DNA from: a virus
Virus record (IMG/VR): IMGVR_UViG_3300025684_000016
Span: 10,842-74,841 of that record
DNA: 64,000 nucleotides
Strand: one strand, 5' to 3'
Positions within the stretch are counted from its first letter, which is position 1; every line of letters begins with the position of its first letter. Under the pieces are notes generated by a model. That model worked only from the letters and a program-made list of their open reading frames with translations. It had not been told where the DNA came from and made no database searches. This document shows, one piece after another, positions 26,113 through 37,600 of the stretch. The position numbers and the translations under genes are program-made.

Positions 26113-28413
26113 TTAGAAGTCTATTTTTACTGATATTACCTGTGTTCCTTTTCGTTTAACAGGTGATGAAGTTTTTGCAGTAACTAACACGTCCTTATTT
26201 TGGTCCAATAGTACAACTTCTGTAACAAATTTCTCGGTTGGAAGACCTCTTTGTGTTGTTACATATGTTGGGTTTTGTGTATTAGTGAATTGAGTGTGTG
26301 GTAGGTTTACCAAGAACCTCATTTCTTCAATATCTGTCGATCTAACAAGTTTTATACTACCAGGGAATGGTTGTTCGTCACCAAATTGTGGTTGTATTGT
26401 TGAACCCGTGTACCCCAAATAATCAGTATCAGTGGTAATATAACTTTCCAAATCAAATAAAGATCCATTTTCAATATCAGAACCCGTTATAACGAAAGAG
26501 AAGTCTCTTAAGTTGGTTGGGTTAATTAATGAATTGGCTACGTGGTTTGGGATTCTACTTGTAATATCAATTTCCGTCCATAAATTTGGATCAGGTAATA
26601 AATCGGTGTTGTTGGTAGTTTCTTGTATTAATACTTTCAATTTGTCAGCGATGAATCCTTTAGTTGCACCACTAAACGATGTTTGTAAGTGTTGAAATGA
26701 TCCAACACCGTTTGGATGGTCTGTTGATCCTCCAAATTTTAATGCAATATTAGATGGGTATACAACGTCACATGCACCATCAACTTCATTTATCTGTACT
26801 TTAGAAAAGTTGTTACATGGTAATCCATTTAATGATTTATCACTCGAGTATTCTAACATATAAGTAACCCAATATGTTTGTGATGTACTTCCTGAGAAAC
26901 ACGCATCACTTATAGGTGTGTCACTTGGTATGTGGTATGCTTTAGGTGTTGGTAATGTGTATCTTCGGTTTGATCTGTAGTCAAGTAATGCAACTAATTC
27001 TTGATCGTCAAATACTATAACTTTTTTATCTACAAAAACTTTACCTACTTTCTCCCCCGTCTCATCTATTAAGAATCTATATTTTATATAGTTAGTTCTG
27101 ATATCACCAGGTGTTCCCGCAAATGTAGAATCTATATAATAATCCGTAGTGTCCATTTTAAATTCAGCACCTATCGTAGTACCTGTACTATTTTCATAGT
27201 AGATGAATGGTAAATAAACATTAAAGAAATTTACGTCTTCAACAACCTCATCATCAACTAAGACACCTTCAGTAGTTGAACTACCTATATAATCATCATA
27301 TTTAAAAAATCTATCAGGATCTTGGAAAATATGTCCTAATTCAGTGTAGTGAATTATTGCAACACATTTTTGTTCTTCAGGTAAGACCTTTATTGGTTCA
27401 TCAAAAGAATTAGAGTATGTTACCCCTGTGTTACTAACCTGTCCATCAGATATACCATAACCGAGGTATTCCATTGTAGATATGTGTTTACTACTGGTAT
27501 AACCAGATACATTCTCGTCAATACCGTCAACATCTGCCCCTATTGGTTTTTCTTGCCACACAACATTTAATGACCATGGATCGTGTTGTTCTCTTGGATC
27601 AACTTGATTTGATACACAGTATGGTGATACTTTAGGTTCTAATGGATGTTCTATATTACACTTGTTACATATAACCTGTGCAAACCCACCTAATGTTGTG
27701 AAATCAGGTACAATCCTATCTATTGTTATTGTTGTTTGACCTGTAATGACAGTGTCACACGATGGTGTCGTTGTAGATCCCGTAACCACACTTATATTAA
27801 GTATTTTATAAATTAAACTTGTTGAGTTACCTGTTACGACTTGTTCTTCTGAAACGAATTGGTTGTTATATACCACAGTAACGTATTCACACCCATTAAA
27901 TCTTGAAAGATTATTTGTGTCAATATCAGTAACCGCACCATTATTACAATCTAAGTACGCTAACGTCTCAGTAAATTGTATTGTAGTTCCTGTAATAAAA
28001 CTTGTGGACGTACCACTTAATGGTATTCGAACACTCGTACATTCCACAGTAGTTCCTGAACATTCACTACTATCATAAGGTTTATATTCTGTAATAAAAC
28101 CAGCAGGTCCCATTCCGTTTTTAATGGTTTCTGTTATAGAATCCATCACAGGTACACCATATGTTGTTGTACCATTAGTATCTAATAAGTAAGGATACTT
28201 AACTTGTGAGTCTTTATCAAAAGGTGCCAATACATTTTGTTGTGGATTATCCCCTATACCATCTAACGAATCAAATGGTGTTGTATAGTCAAATTCAGAA
28301 TCTCCTACTTGGAAGAATTTTATTTGAAAATCTCCTTGTGCAATTGATTTCCTACCCTTTTGGGTTAATCTCGCTGAGAGGAATTCCGCATTGTTTTGAC
28401 TTAAAAAACTCAT
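26113..28413 (-). CDS. Baseplate/tail-fibre attachment (tail-collar-like) protein (766 aa)
   Basis: N-terminal ARLTQKGRKSIAQG...FQVGDSE and C-terminal VTEVVLLDQNKDVLVTAKTSSPVKR resemble the two ends of a myophage fibre-attachment domain. Confidence 0.65.
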   Translation of the reverse strand: MSFLSQNNAEFLSARLTQKGRKSIAQGDFQIKFFQVGDSEFDYTTPFDSLDGIGDNPQQNVLAPFDKDSQVKYPYLLDTNGTTTYGVPVMDSITETIKNGMGPAGFITEYKPYDSSECSGTTVECTSVRIPLSGTSTSFITGTTIQFTETLAYLDCNNGAVTDIDTNNLSRFNGCEYVTVVYNNQFVSEEQVVTGNSTSLIYKILNISVVTGSTTTPSCDTVITGQTTITIDRIVPDFTTLGGFAQVICNKCNIEHPLEPKVSPYCVSNQVDPREQHDPWSLNVVWQEKPIGADVDGIDENVSGYTSSKHISTMEYLGYGISDGQVSNTGVTYSNSFDEPIKVLPEEQKCVAIIHYTELGHIFQDPDRFFKYDDYIGSSTTEGVLVDDEVVEDVNFFNVYLPFIYYENSTGTTIGAEFKMDTTDYYIDSTFAGTPGDIRTNYIKYRFLIDETGEKVGKVFVDKKVIVFDDQELVALLDYRSNRRYTLPTPKAYHIPSDTPISDACFSGSTSQTYWVTYMLEYSSDKSLNGLPCNNFSKVQINEVDGACDVVYPSNIALKFGGSTDHPNGVGSFQHLQTSFSGATKGFIADKLKVLIQETTNNTDLLPDPNLWTEIDITSRIPNHVANSLINPTNLRDFSFVITGSDIENGSLFDLESYITTDTDYLGYTGSTIQPQFGDEQPFPGSIKLVRSTDIEEMRFLVNLPHTQFTNTQNPTYVTTQRGLPTEKFVTEVVLLDQNKDVLVTAKTSSPVKRKGTQVISVKIDF

Positions 28414-28442
28414 AGTTATAATATATACATTTTAATCTTATT

Positions 28443-28450
28443 TATAAATA
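28443..28450 (-). promoter_or_regulatory. Putative late promoter motif TATTTATA
   Basis: 29 nt upstream of ATG 28413. Confidence 0.6.
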
Positions 28451-28485
28451 TCTAATTATATTATTTCTAATTAAATCCCACATTT

Positions 28486-29970
28486 TTAAGCTACATATGT
28501 CGTTATCTCATTTTGTTCTGCTCTAACAAATGACTCATTAAGTGACCATGCGAATGTATAAGATACATTTTCACCATCAGTAGAATAATAAGATGGGTGT
28601 ATTCCAACCGCAACAGTACGAGTACCGATAGGAGGTATTTCTATAACCCATTGGGATCCACCATAAGCTGGATTACCACTTGATATTGTGCTTTGATAGT
28701 TAGCATTTTGAGTTCCTCCCTGAATCCCCACATATATTTGGTCCCCATCTTGAGTCACATTTGAGTACACAATTTTCGCCATAGCGTCAAAAGACTGATT
28801 ACTTCCACTATATGTTTTAGCCATCATCCTAACGTAAATTGTTTCATCTGAACCATTGTAAATACTATGAACCTTCCCACTCCCTTGTGGAATGTTGTAT
28901 TCCCCAATAGGTCCTTGACCATCGTAAACGGGGAATGAGGAACCCTCTGAACCCGAAACAAAACCTTTAATTATAATATTTTGGTTGGTTGGAGGATTTG
29001 CTTCAGGAGTTGGTTGTGGTGTCGCTTCAGGGGTTGGTTGTGGGGTTGCGTTTGGTGTTGCCACTGGTGTCGCATCAGGAGTTGGTTGTGGCGTTGCGTT
29101 TGATGTTGGTATTGGTGTTGCGTTTGGTGTCGCATCAGGAGTCGCGTTTGGTGTTGTGTTTGGAGTTGGTTGTGGGGTTGGTTGTGGAGGACATGGGTCA
29201 AAATCCTCAATAAAGTTACCATTAGGACAACCATTATATAGTTCTTCTTCAGTGGATAATCCCATATCTTTTATTATTCTAACCCAACTAACATCAGTAT
29301 GACATGAAGAACCCACACAATTTTGATTAGCTCCAGACCATATACATGCACAATCAAACGAAAAGTCAATAAATCCATTTGGGGAGTTAGCTGCAATACT
29401 CTGAGCTTGTTGTGATGTTATTGATAACGCGTTATACCTATCACCTGAGCTAGCACCAGGATAATTAGGGTAAGTAGGTGGTCGATTTACATCGTCATAT
29501 ATTCCACCCGCATTATTCATATTAACCTGACCAATATTTACATTATTCGCCATAATGTCGAACTTCGCCCTATTACATCCATGACCACCACTACAAGGTG
29601 ATCCATTTAAACCACTATTATTATATTCAACAACAAACGTTAAGGAATTAATACAACTTTCTAAAACAGTTTGAGTGGTTTGGGGTGTTGGTGCAGGATT
29701 AAAAAATTCAACGAAATCCGCACATATTTCACAATCAACACTCGGTGATTTTATTAGTAAAACTTGATCTAAACAACCCGTACTAACTAATTTTAAACCA
29801 AACTCTATTATACTATCATCCACAGTAAAGGTAACAGGACTTGTTGTAACTCCCGCATAAACTAAGTTTGTGGCATTACCTGTGGTTGTTCCACTATATA
29901 TATCAACAGGGAAATCAGTCAACGAATGACTATTATCTAAATTTATATTTACCCTTATTAATTTACTCAT
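28486..29970 (-). CDS. Accessory virion protein: small N-domain, Cys-rich domain, ATPQPTP linker, beta C-domain (494 aa)
   Basis: Translated architecture; lies within the structural block. Confidence 0.7.
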   Translation of the reverse strand: MSKLIRVNINLDNSHSLTDFPVDIYSGTTTGNATNLVYAGVTTSPVTFTVDDSIIEFGLKLVSTGCLDQVLLIKSPSVDCEICADFVEFFNPAPTPQTTQTVLESCINSLTFVVEYNNSGLNGSPCSGGHGCNRAKFDIMANNVNIGQVNMNNAGGIYDDVNRPPTYPNYPGASSGDRYNALSITSQQAQSIAANSPNGFIDFSFDCACIWSGANQNCVGSSCHTDVSWVRIIKDMGLSTEEELYNGCPNGNFIEDFDPCPPQPTPQPTPNTTPNATPDATPNATPIPTSNATPQPTPDATPVATPNATPQPTPEATPQPTPEANPPTNQNIIIKGFVSGSEGSSFPVYDGQGPIGEYNIPQGSGKVHSIYNGSDETIYVRMMAKTYSGSNQSFDAMAKIVYSNVTQDGDQIYVGIQGGTQNANYQSTISSGNPAYGGSQWVIEIPPIGTRTVAVGIHPSYYSTDGENVSYTFAWSLNESFVRAEQNEITTYVA

Positions 29971-29995
29971 ATTTTTTTATTTTATTTCTAATTAA

Positions 29996-31807
29996 TTAGA
30001 CAGGTTCTAAACCTTCATCACGACCACCGCCACATTTATTTGTGGTTCCATAATTACCATTTTTTTGGAAAAGTAATTTTTCACTACCTTCTGTTGATTC
30101 ATCTGCGACCATATATGTACCATCAGACGAATATCTAAAGACTGTTGGTGTTCCAGACCATATAGAATTAGGGTGTATTGTGTATGCACCACCACCACCA
30201 TTTATAATCTCATTATCTGATAGTGCAAATGTTGATTTAACTATATTTTTCCCATCTGCATTGGTGGTGAACCATGATGTGTTATAAGTTACATAAACTC
30301 TATTTTCTAAAATACCATCATTACCTTCATCACAATTCGCGTTGTTTGGTGCTGAAGTTGTGTTAGATAATAAAATGGCAGATATCTCTGTCGTCTCTGT
30401 TGTAGGACTTGGAGTTGGTTGTGGGGTTGGACTTGGTTCTTGTTCATATGTACAATTACGATTTTCAGTACATGACCCTCCACTTGGTGGTCTTTCTACA
30501 CCGGATGGGTCTATCACTGCCGCACCTCCACCAGACTGACCGAAATCAAACCATAGTGGTGTTGTTTGAGAACATACACCATATACCGATCCACTCACCC
30601 CTTGATATACTGCAAGAGTAGCCAAAAGATTTGAGAACGGTGTAAGTATTGCTGTTTCACCACCTTGGAAGTAATCTAATCCCTGATTAGTTGTGTCGAC
30701 GTTATTAGGAACAAATACAAAGTTACAGGTTAATGCACTAACCTCTGTTGTGGGACTTGGAGTTGGTGATGGGCTCGGAGAAGGAGATGGGCTTGGTGTC
30801 GGATTAGGTGATGGACAAATACCTCCAACACAATCTGAACCTATACTATAACTTAATTTAGCGTCCGACACCGTTATATTTTGACCACTACCACACACAC
30901 TAAATGTTTCTTGAGTATAAGTCGTTCCTGTTTGAGGGACTCCCGAACAATCATCGTAACCGTAATATCTTGCTCCGCTTGAGTTATGAGAGAACTCTAT
31001 ACAAACACAAGGTCCTTCAGTTGGTGTTGGTGTAGGAGTTGCAATGTTAATATCAACATCAAAGTCACAATTTTCTGTAACTGTTGGTGTAGGTGATGGA
31101 GATGGTGTTGGACTACTTGAAGGTGTTGGACTTGGTGTTGGACTTGGTGTTGGAGTATTATCACAAACACCATCAGTACATGTTCCGTAAACGCCGTAAG
31201 TTACTTTTTCAGCAACTGATATTATACTTTGTGCACATACGTGAAATGTTATTTCCTCCATTGGTGGAGTGTCAGACGTTGCATTTACTGTCACACCACT
31301 ACAATCAACATATGAGTAACTGAAATAACCCTGACGATTACTATTAATTTCGAAACATTGACACGCCACCTCATCCGTAGGTGTTGGAGTAGGGCTTGGT
31401 GATGGGGTTGGACTTGGTGATGGACTATATTCCACAAAATTAACCGTGAAATTACAATCAGTCGTTGGTGTTGCGGTTGGTGTTGATGTTGGGCTTGGTG
31501 TGGCAACAGGACTAAATGGTGGACAGTTTTCACAATCAATATTAATTAACTTAACTTGAAAACCACCTTGTCTTTTAGGTAATTCAGATGGTGGTGGTGT
31601 AACGTAAAAATCACAGTGTACCAAAAAGATATATAAAGGACCTTCATATGTACCAACATCAAATGTGTGTGGTAAACTATGTGATCCAATTGATTGTGCA
31701 CTTACAGGTATTATATATGGATCACCGTTGTAGGTTGTACCCGTATATATTGTGAATTCATCACATACACCATTTTCATATAGATTATTTACCGTTATAA
31801 GACTCAT
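29996..31807 (-). CDS. Accessory virion protein: Cys-rich modules separated by PS/PT linkers (603 aa)
   Basis: Two CxCxE...YxDCSG...VC...C.GG/DG.C modules and one [12 protein letters not shown] peptide. Confidence 0.7.
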   Translation of the reverse strand: MSLITVNNLYENGVCDEFTIYTGTTYNGDPYIIPVSAQSIGSHSLPHTFDVGTYEGPLYIFLVHCDFYVTPPPSELPKRQGGFQVKLINIDCENCPPFSPVATPSPTSTPTATPTTDCNFTVNFVEYSPSPSPTPSPSPTPTPTDEVACQCFEINSNRQGYFSYSYVDCSGVTVNATSDTPPMEEITFHVCAQSIISVAEKVTYGVYGTCTDGVCDNTPTPSPTPSPTPSSSPTPSPSPTPTVTENCDFDVDINIATPTPTPTEGPCVCIEFSHNSSGARYYGYDDCSGVPQTGTTYTQETFSVCGSGQNITVSDAKLSYSIGSDCVGGICPSPNPTPSPSPSPSPSPTPSPTTEVSALTCNFVFVPNNVDTTNQGLDYFQGGETAILTPFSNLLATLAVYQGVSGSVYGVCSQTTPLWFDFGQSGGGAAVIDPSGVERPPSGGSCTENRNCTYEQEPSPTPQPTPSPTTETTEISAILLSNTTSAPNNANCDEGNDGILENRVYVTYNTSWFTTNADGKNIVKSTFALSDNEIINGGGGAYTIHPNSIWSGTPTVFRYSSDGTYMVADESTEGSEKLLFQKNGNYGTTNKCGGGRDEGLEPV

Positions 31808-31826
31808 TTAATAATTTCTGTATTTC

Positions 31827-31834
31827 TATAAATA
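31827..31834 (-). promoter_or_regulatory. Putative late promoter motif TATTTATA
   Basis: 19 nt upstream of ATG 31807, after a terminator. Confidence 0.6.
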
Positions 31835-31870
31835 CTTTGGAATCAAATTAACACAAAGAGAATAGTATAT

Positions 31871-31898
31871 AAAAAAACCCCCACCATGGAGGGTTTTT
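31871..31898 (-). terminator. Intrinsic terminator (possibly bidirectional)
   Basis: AAAAACCCTCCATGGTGGGGGTTTTTTT on the minus strand. Confidence 0.75.
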
Positions 31899-31924
31899 CA
31901 GATATTATAATACTTGTCTTTTTA

Positions 31925-32722
31925 TTACTCACCACAATGTAAAAAGTCATCACAACCAGGAACGATAGGTATACGTGATATGTATCCATTTTCACTTCCA
32001 GGAGGTGCAGTAAATGTGGTTGATATTACAGTTGCACAATACGTCGCACCACCACATCCACTATTACTGGTCCCCCTAAACTGTACAACATCACCTATAG
32101 AATATCCCGGATCGGACACGACAGTAAGGTTACCATTCTCACAATACACAATCTTAGGTACATGATAGTCCTGTGAGTCGTTACATCTCTCAAGTCTATA
32201 GTAAGTCTCAAGTTCGGTTGTTGGACTTGGTGTCGCACTTGGTATTGGTGTAGGTGTGTAAGTTGGCATTTGAGTTACATTTGGTGTTGCACTTGGATTA
32301 GGTGTTGCATTAGGTGTTGCATTTGGTGTTGCACTTGGATTAGGTGTTGGTTGTGGTGTTGCACCATTTGTTGGTAGTGGTGTTGCATCAGGTGTTGGTT
32401 GAGGTGTTGCATCAGGAGTTGGTTGAGGTGTTGCACCATTTGTTGGTTGAGGTGTTGCACTTAATGTTAAGGGATATTCCACAATATTTGTTGGACAATC
32501 TTTTATCATAGTTGCATTATTATTATAAAAAATAACACTTGTTGCACTATCAGGTACCGTTATTAGTACACCTCCCTGAACTTGAGCTAATGTTAAATTA
32601 GTTGCCTGATTACTTGTTCCATAGAGGAGTGCTTGGTTACCATTCGTTGATGACGTATGGTATATTGTATACGGACCATTGTTGGTTCCTGAAGTTAACG
32701 TTACTGTGAAATGTCTTGCCAT
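31925..32722 (-). CDS. Accessory virion protein: shared N-domain, ATPQPTP linker, Cys-rich C-domain (265 aa)
   Basis: N-terminus MARHFTVTLTSGT...YTIY...VPDSATSVIFYN is paralogous to the N-terminus of the 2045-aa protein. Confidence 0.75.
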   Translation of the reverse strand: MARHFTVTLTSGTNNGPYTIYHTSSTNGNQALLYGTSNQATNLTLAQVQGGVLITVPDSATSVIFYNNNATMIKDCPTNIVEYPLTLSATPQPTNGATPQPTPDATPQPTPDATPLPTNGATPQPTPNPSATPNATPNATPNPSATPNVTQMPTYTPTPIPSATPSPTTELETYYRLERCNDSQDYHVPKIVYCENGNLTVVSDPGYSIGDVVQFRGTSNSGCGGATYCATVISTTFTAPPGSENGYISRIPIVPGCDDFLHCGE

Positions 32723-32737
32723 TTTATTACTTTTATA

Positions 32738-32745
32738 TATAAATA
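32738..32745 (-). promoter_or_regulatory. Putative late promoter motif TATTTATA
   Basis: 15 nt upstream of ATG 32722. Confidence 0.6.
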
Positions 32746-32776
32746 CTTTATTCTTTCTTATTATCTATTACCTTAA

Positions 32777-33913
32777 TTAACAACTTGGTATACTATAACC
32801 TAAATTATTAATCGCCGTAATTATAAGTCCCATATAATATTGTGGACTACTCCCTGGTGTAACACCATAGGTATTATGCACTACAGATTTATCAGATAAC
32901 CCATACACACCACTATAGTTACCTAAACCACCCTCAACCGCTTCCAATAGATTTTTAAAGTATAGATACTGACCTGTGGGTTGAGTTTGAACTTGAAAAA
33001 TCTCACCAATAAGGTAATTGGTTGGATTATTATCAATGTTATTTCTTAAAGATGTTATGTCAGTATTAAAAGTACTGGTTCTGTTAGTGGTGTTGTTCCA
33101 TCCAGAAGTAGAACCACCATGATATATTGAAGCCCCTTCGTCTTGGAATGATAAGTTTATGACTTTAGTAATTGATGATGTAGTACCAGTCGTTGCTAAA
33201 CAAGCGTAACTTCTTTCCCCGAAATTCAATGATGACATATTTAAAACTCTTACCCTACTATCATATAATGCCGAATCATTGTTGTAAAACGGTAATAAAC
33301 AGTTTTTAAGAATGGTAGATGCCATAGTATTTAATGGGGCTTCAGTGGTACCCATAGAACCTGAATCATCAAAGAATATATTAATTTCAGTCTTGTCGTC
33401 TATGACCTCACCTGTTGGTGATGGGGTTGGACTTGGTGTTGCGTTTGGTGTTGCGTTTGGTGTTGCGTTTGGTGTTGATGCCAACGTTGGTTGTGGGGTT
33501 GGGGTTGGACATATTAATTGAAGATCTACCCCAAATTCAATCCTATCGTAACAATCAAATGCCTTACTATCATGAATGTATATGTTATGAATAACATATC
33601 TACTCCTTAAATCATTCTCGTGAACATCAATATCATTTACGTTATCCTCCAACTTTATCCAATACTCAGTATCAAATTCTAATTCAGATACGACATTTTC
33701 ACATGTAGTTCCCGATCCTGGTGGTGGAACAGTTGGGTCATCGTTAGTCATACATATCGGATTTGACATATAGTCTCTAACATTAGATGATGGCCACGCA
33801 CCATTAACCTCAGGACCTTCAATTTTCTTGAAGTACCCGTAGGGTGATGTTCCAATACTTAAGTTAAACTTGTTTGGAGAAACAATATCATATAAACGTA
33901 CAACTAATCCCAT
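32777..33913 (-). CDS. Accessory virion protein with C-terminal vWA-like domain (378 aa)
   Basis: INIFFDDSGSM MIDAS-like DxSxS motif after an ATPN linker; paralogous to the C-terminus of the 2658-aa protein. Confidence 0.75.
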   Translation of the reverse strand: MGLVVRLYDIVSPNKFNLSIGTSPYGYFKKIEGPEVNGAWPSSNVRDYMSNPICMTNDDPTVPPPGSGTTCENVVSELEFDTEYWIKLEDNVNDIDVHENDLRSRYVIHNIYIHDSKAFDCYDRIEFGVDLQLICPTPTPQPTLASTPNATPNATPNATPSPTPSPTGEVIDDKTEINIFFDDSGSMGTTEAPLNTMASTILKNCLLPFYNNDSALYDSRVRVLNMSSLNFGERSYACLATTGTTSSITKVINLSFQDEGASIYHGGSTSGWNNTTNRTSTFNTDITSLRNNIDNNPTNYLIGEIFQVQTQPTGQYLYFKNLLEAVEGGLGNYSGVYGLSDKSVVHNTYGVTPGSSPQYYMGLIITAINNLGYSIPSC

Positions 33914-33919
33914 ATGTTA

Positions 33920-33927
33920 TATAAATA
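33920..33927 (-). promoter_or_regulatory. Putative late promoter motif TATTTATA
   Basis: 6 nt upstream of ATG 33913, after a terminator. Confidence 0.6.
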
Positions 33928-33952
33928 CCCAATAATATAGATTACTTTAAAT

Positions 33953-33978
33953 AAAAAAAACCCATCGAAATGGGTTTT
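33953..33978 (-). terminator. Intrinsic terminator
   Basis: AAAACCCAT-TTCG-ATGGGTTTTTTTT: perfect stem, UUCG loop, U-tract. Confidence 0.85.
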
Positions 33979-34006
33979 AATTAAATATTTAATTTTAATG
34001 ATTTAG

Positions 34007-34540
34007 TTATATTTCATTACAATTGTCCCCTTGACTAATAGGTACATGTGTTACCGCCTTCGGTGTAGTACCATCAAATATCCATACATTCGAATTCTGG
34101 AAAGTACCTTGTCCATCTACTCTGATTGTATCTGTTCCACTTGGTAAAAACCCTCCACCACTTATAGTATTCCATGCGGCTTCACTAATTATAACATTTG
34201 CCGGTGCTTCACCATCATTTCCACACTTATTGAATCTGAGATTTGAAACAGGGTCGTCTCCACCACCTTCAGTTGGTGTTGGAGTTGGTGCCGGTGTATT
34301 ATTTAAACCTGTCCAACTCACTGAGTTATCACAATCACCTGTAGAAGTTACTGTACCACCCGTTATCGTATCGGCCACTTGATATGTAACACCAGCCGTT
34401 AACTGTGCTTTAGTCACTGAAGTAGCAATTGTTGTATCCGAAGGACTCCCTCCCGAATGTTTCCCGATAATTGTGAAATTATCCGCTTGTGTTGTACCTG
34501 TGTACAATGCGTTTAATGTAAATGTTACTGAATATGCCAT
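34007..34540 (-). CDS. Accessory virion protein: shared N-domain, short PT linker, small C-domain (177 aa)
   Basis: FTII...ATSVTKAQLTAGVTYQVADT...STGDC resembles the N-domains of its neighbours. Confidence 0.7.
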   Translation of the reverse strand: MAYSVTFTLNALYTGTTQADNFTIIGKHSGGSPSDTTIATSVTKAQLTAGVTYQVADTITGGTVTSTGDCDNSVSWTGLNNTPAPTPTPTEGGGDDPVSNLRFNKCGNDGEAPANVIISEAAWNTISGGGFLPSGTDTIRVDGQGTFQNSNVWIFDGTTPKAVTHVPISQGDNCNEI

Positions 34541-34564
34541 GTTTTCTTTTTTTTATCTGTTTAT

Positions 34565-34572
34565 TATAAATA
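34565..34572 (-). promoter_or_regulatory. Putative late promoter motif TATTTATA
   Basis: 24 nt upstream of ATG 34540. Confidence 0.6.
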
Positions 34573-34619
34573 TCGTGTTTTTTTAAAATATCACGATACT
34601 CGTATTTATTTTTGTATTA

Positions 34620-37600
34620 CTATATTACACCACAATCAAAATTATTATCACATGGCGAACCGTTAGATGAAATATCTGCAAACTCTGAAATGAATGAATC
34701 ACCACTTGGACCATATTTAAACATATTACTTAGTGTTGGTTTACTACAGAAATAAAAAGTATTCACACCTCCATTCTCCATGGATAGTTGTGAATTTAAG
34801 TTTACTGAGGTTTCACCTGCCTCACAATCGTTGTTTATATAGTATAAGTCTTGGTTAGAAGCGTTGGTTAAATAACTACTCGGAACCGAAACTTCAATAC
34901 AATTACATTTACTTACTCCCTCATCACCAAACGTACTTTGTATTGGTGAAGTTCCCACAGGACATCCATTTGCGTCTGTAACAACAACATAGTAATATCC
35001 TTCCACCAAGTTACTAAATGTTTGTGATGGGTTACCCGATGTTACACCTGTAATGGTTGCAACTAATGTTCCACCACCTACCGTGTATGGTGATGTTGTG
35101 TCATTGTAAAGTCTGTAAGTTTTATTCCATGTTCCACCTGACGATGTAACTACTATGTTACCATTAGGTCCCACAGTAAATGATGAAATAGTTGCAGTAC
35201 CCGCAGTTGGTTGTGTCACATTTATTATATATGCTTTTTCACATCCATCACCATCTTTAATTGTAATTACATGGTTACCACTACTTAATGAGGAGTATGT
35301 TTTAGGGAATGTTGTACTATAAGTTCCTGAACCTATTTTAGAATTATATGTTCCTCCGTTTCCACCCGTTGGACTTGAGACTGTTATTTCACCATCACTA
35401 CCTCCATTACAACTCACACTACTCATTACAAATGTTGCACTTGGGTCTGTCTTATTAAGTTGTGCACTTCCTGTTCGAACACAATCAGAAGTGTCTTTAA
35501 CCCTTATTAAATATATTGCTTCACTTAAAGTGGAAAAAGTATTACTCGCTTGGTAACTAAATCCATTATTTAAAGAATATGTGTATGATCCACTACCACC
35601 ACTTGCGTTAATTACTATTTTACCATCATTATCTCCACTACATGAAGGGTGTGTTAATGTGGTAGTAAAACTAACCTGTGTTGGTACCGTTATTGTTCTT
35701 GTATATGTGCTTGTACATCCACTACCATCTTTAATGTATATGGTATATGAACCAGCAACTAAACTACTATATGTTTTAGGGAATGTAGTCGTATATGACC
35801 CACTACCCAATTTTACACTATATGTTCCACCATTTCCACCTGATGGACTACTAACAGATATTGATCCCGTACCACCATAACATGTAGGGTTTGAATGAGA
35901 AACTATTGCAGATACCGCCGATTTAGATAATGTTCTACTAAGACTTTTAGTACATCCATTTTCATCTGTTGCAATTAAAGTGTATGTACCTTCCTCTAAA
36001 TTTGTTTGGGAAAGATCCGTAATTGCCACACCATTTTGTGTGTATGTTTTTGTTCCTGTTCCACCACCAACAGTCCATGTAATTGATCCATCACTACCTC
36101 CAATACATGTGGGGTTGGAGAATGTACTACTAATGGTAATGGCAGTGGGTTCTGTTATTGTTTTTGAATATGATCGAACACACCCCTCACCATCTCTTAC
36201 TTGTATTGTATAAGAAGTGGCACCTAAACTACTATATGTTTTAGGGAATGTCGTTGTCCATGACCCAGTATCTAATCTAACACTATATGTTCCACCATTT
36301 CCACCTGATGGACTACTAACCACAAAAGATCCTGTAACTTGTTTATTACACAATGGATTGGTAGTTACTATAGTTGCCTGTGGGAGTGATTTAGATAACG
36401 AATAACTTTGAGTGTCTATACATTGATTGGCGTCTTTAACGTATGCAGTTCCACCACCAATAGTTAAACCTGTAAACGTACCTGATGTGTAATAATTTAC
36501 ACCATTTATTGAATATAACTTACTTCCTGAACCACCTGTTGAACTAATAACAATCTGTCCGTCAGTAGACGATGTACATGTTGGATCTGTTACCACTACA
36601 GAAGCAACTAAGTTTGTAGGTTGGGTAACTGTTACAGTATATGATCTACTACATAGTTCTGAATCCCTGACTTGTATTGTATAATTACCCGCAGTTTTAG
36701 TACCGAATGTGACAGGTGTACTGAAATTAGTCCAATTACCACTTGAAAATTTAAATTGGTACTGTCCCCCATTACCACCTGTTATAGATGCCAATGTTAT
36801 ATCACCATCATTTCCACCGTAACAACTAACATCATTATTATATATTGATGCGGAAACAATTGATTTGGTTAAAGTTCTTGTTGATGACGAAGTACAGTTA
36901 CCACCATCTTTAACTTTTATTGAATACGTTCCAGTACCTAAACTATTAAAGACATTACTACTCTGATAGTTTGTACCACCATCTTTAGAATATACTTTAG
37001 TACCTGAACCACCAGACGCTGACACTGTTATTGAACCGTCGGTATCGTCACTACATGTTGGATTAACAAATGTTGTTGTATGAGTTAGTGTTGTTGGTTC
37101 TGATATGGTTTGTGTGTATGTTTTTACACATCCTTCACCATCTTTAATGTATATGGTATATGTACCAGGTACTAATGATGTATATTCTTCAATAGTGTTA
37201 TTTGGTAGGTCTATATAGGTACCTAATTTATTAATTTTTACCTGATATATTCCACCGTTTCCACCCGATGGATTTGCCACCGATATAGTACCATCACCAG
37301 CCCCATTACATGTGACATTTGTAAATGACCACGTTAATATAGGTGCTGATTTTGATAATGTTAAACTACTTGATCCTGTTGTTGTACATAAATTACTATC
37401 TCTAACGTCTAATGTGTAATTTCCAGTTGTTAAACCTGTGAAGGTTCCCGAAGGACCCCACTGAAAACCATCTTTAGTGTATTCATACGTACCACTACCT
37501 CCCGTTGCCGTTATAACTATCTCACCATCCGAACCGTCCCAACATGTTGGGTCAGTATGTGTTGATGTAAACGATACTTGAGTTGGTTCTGTTATTGTTA

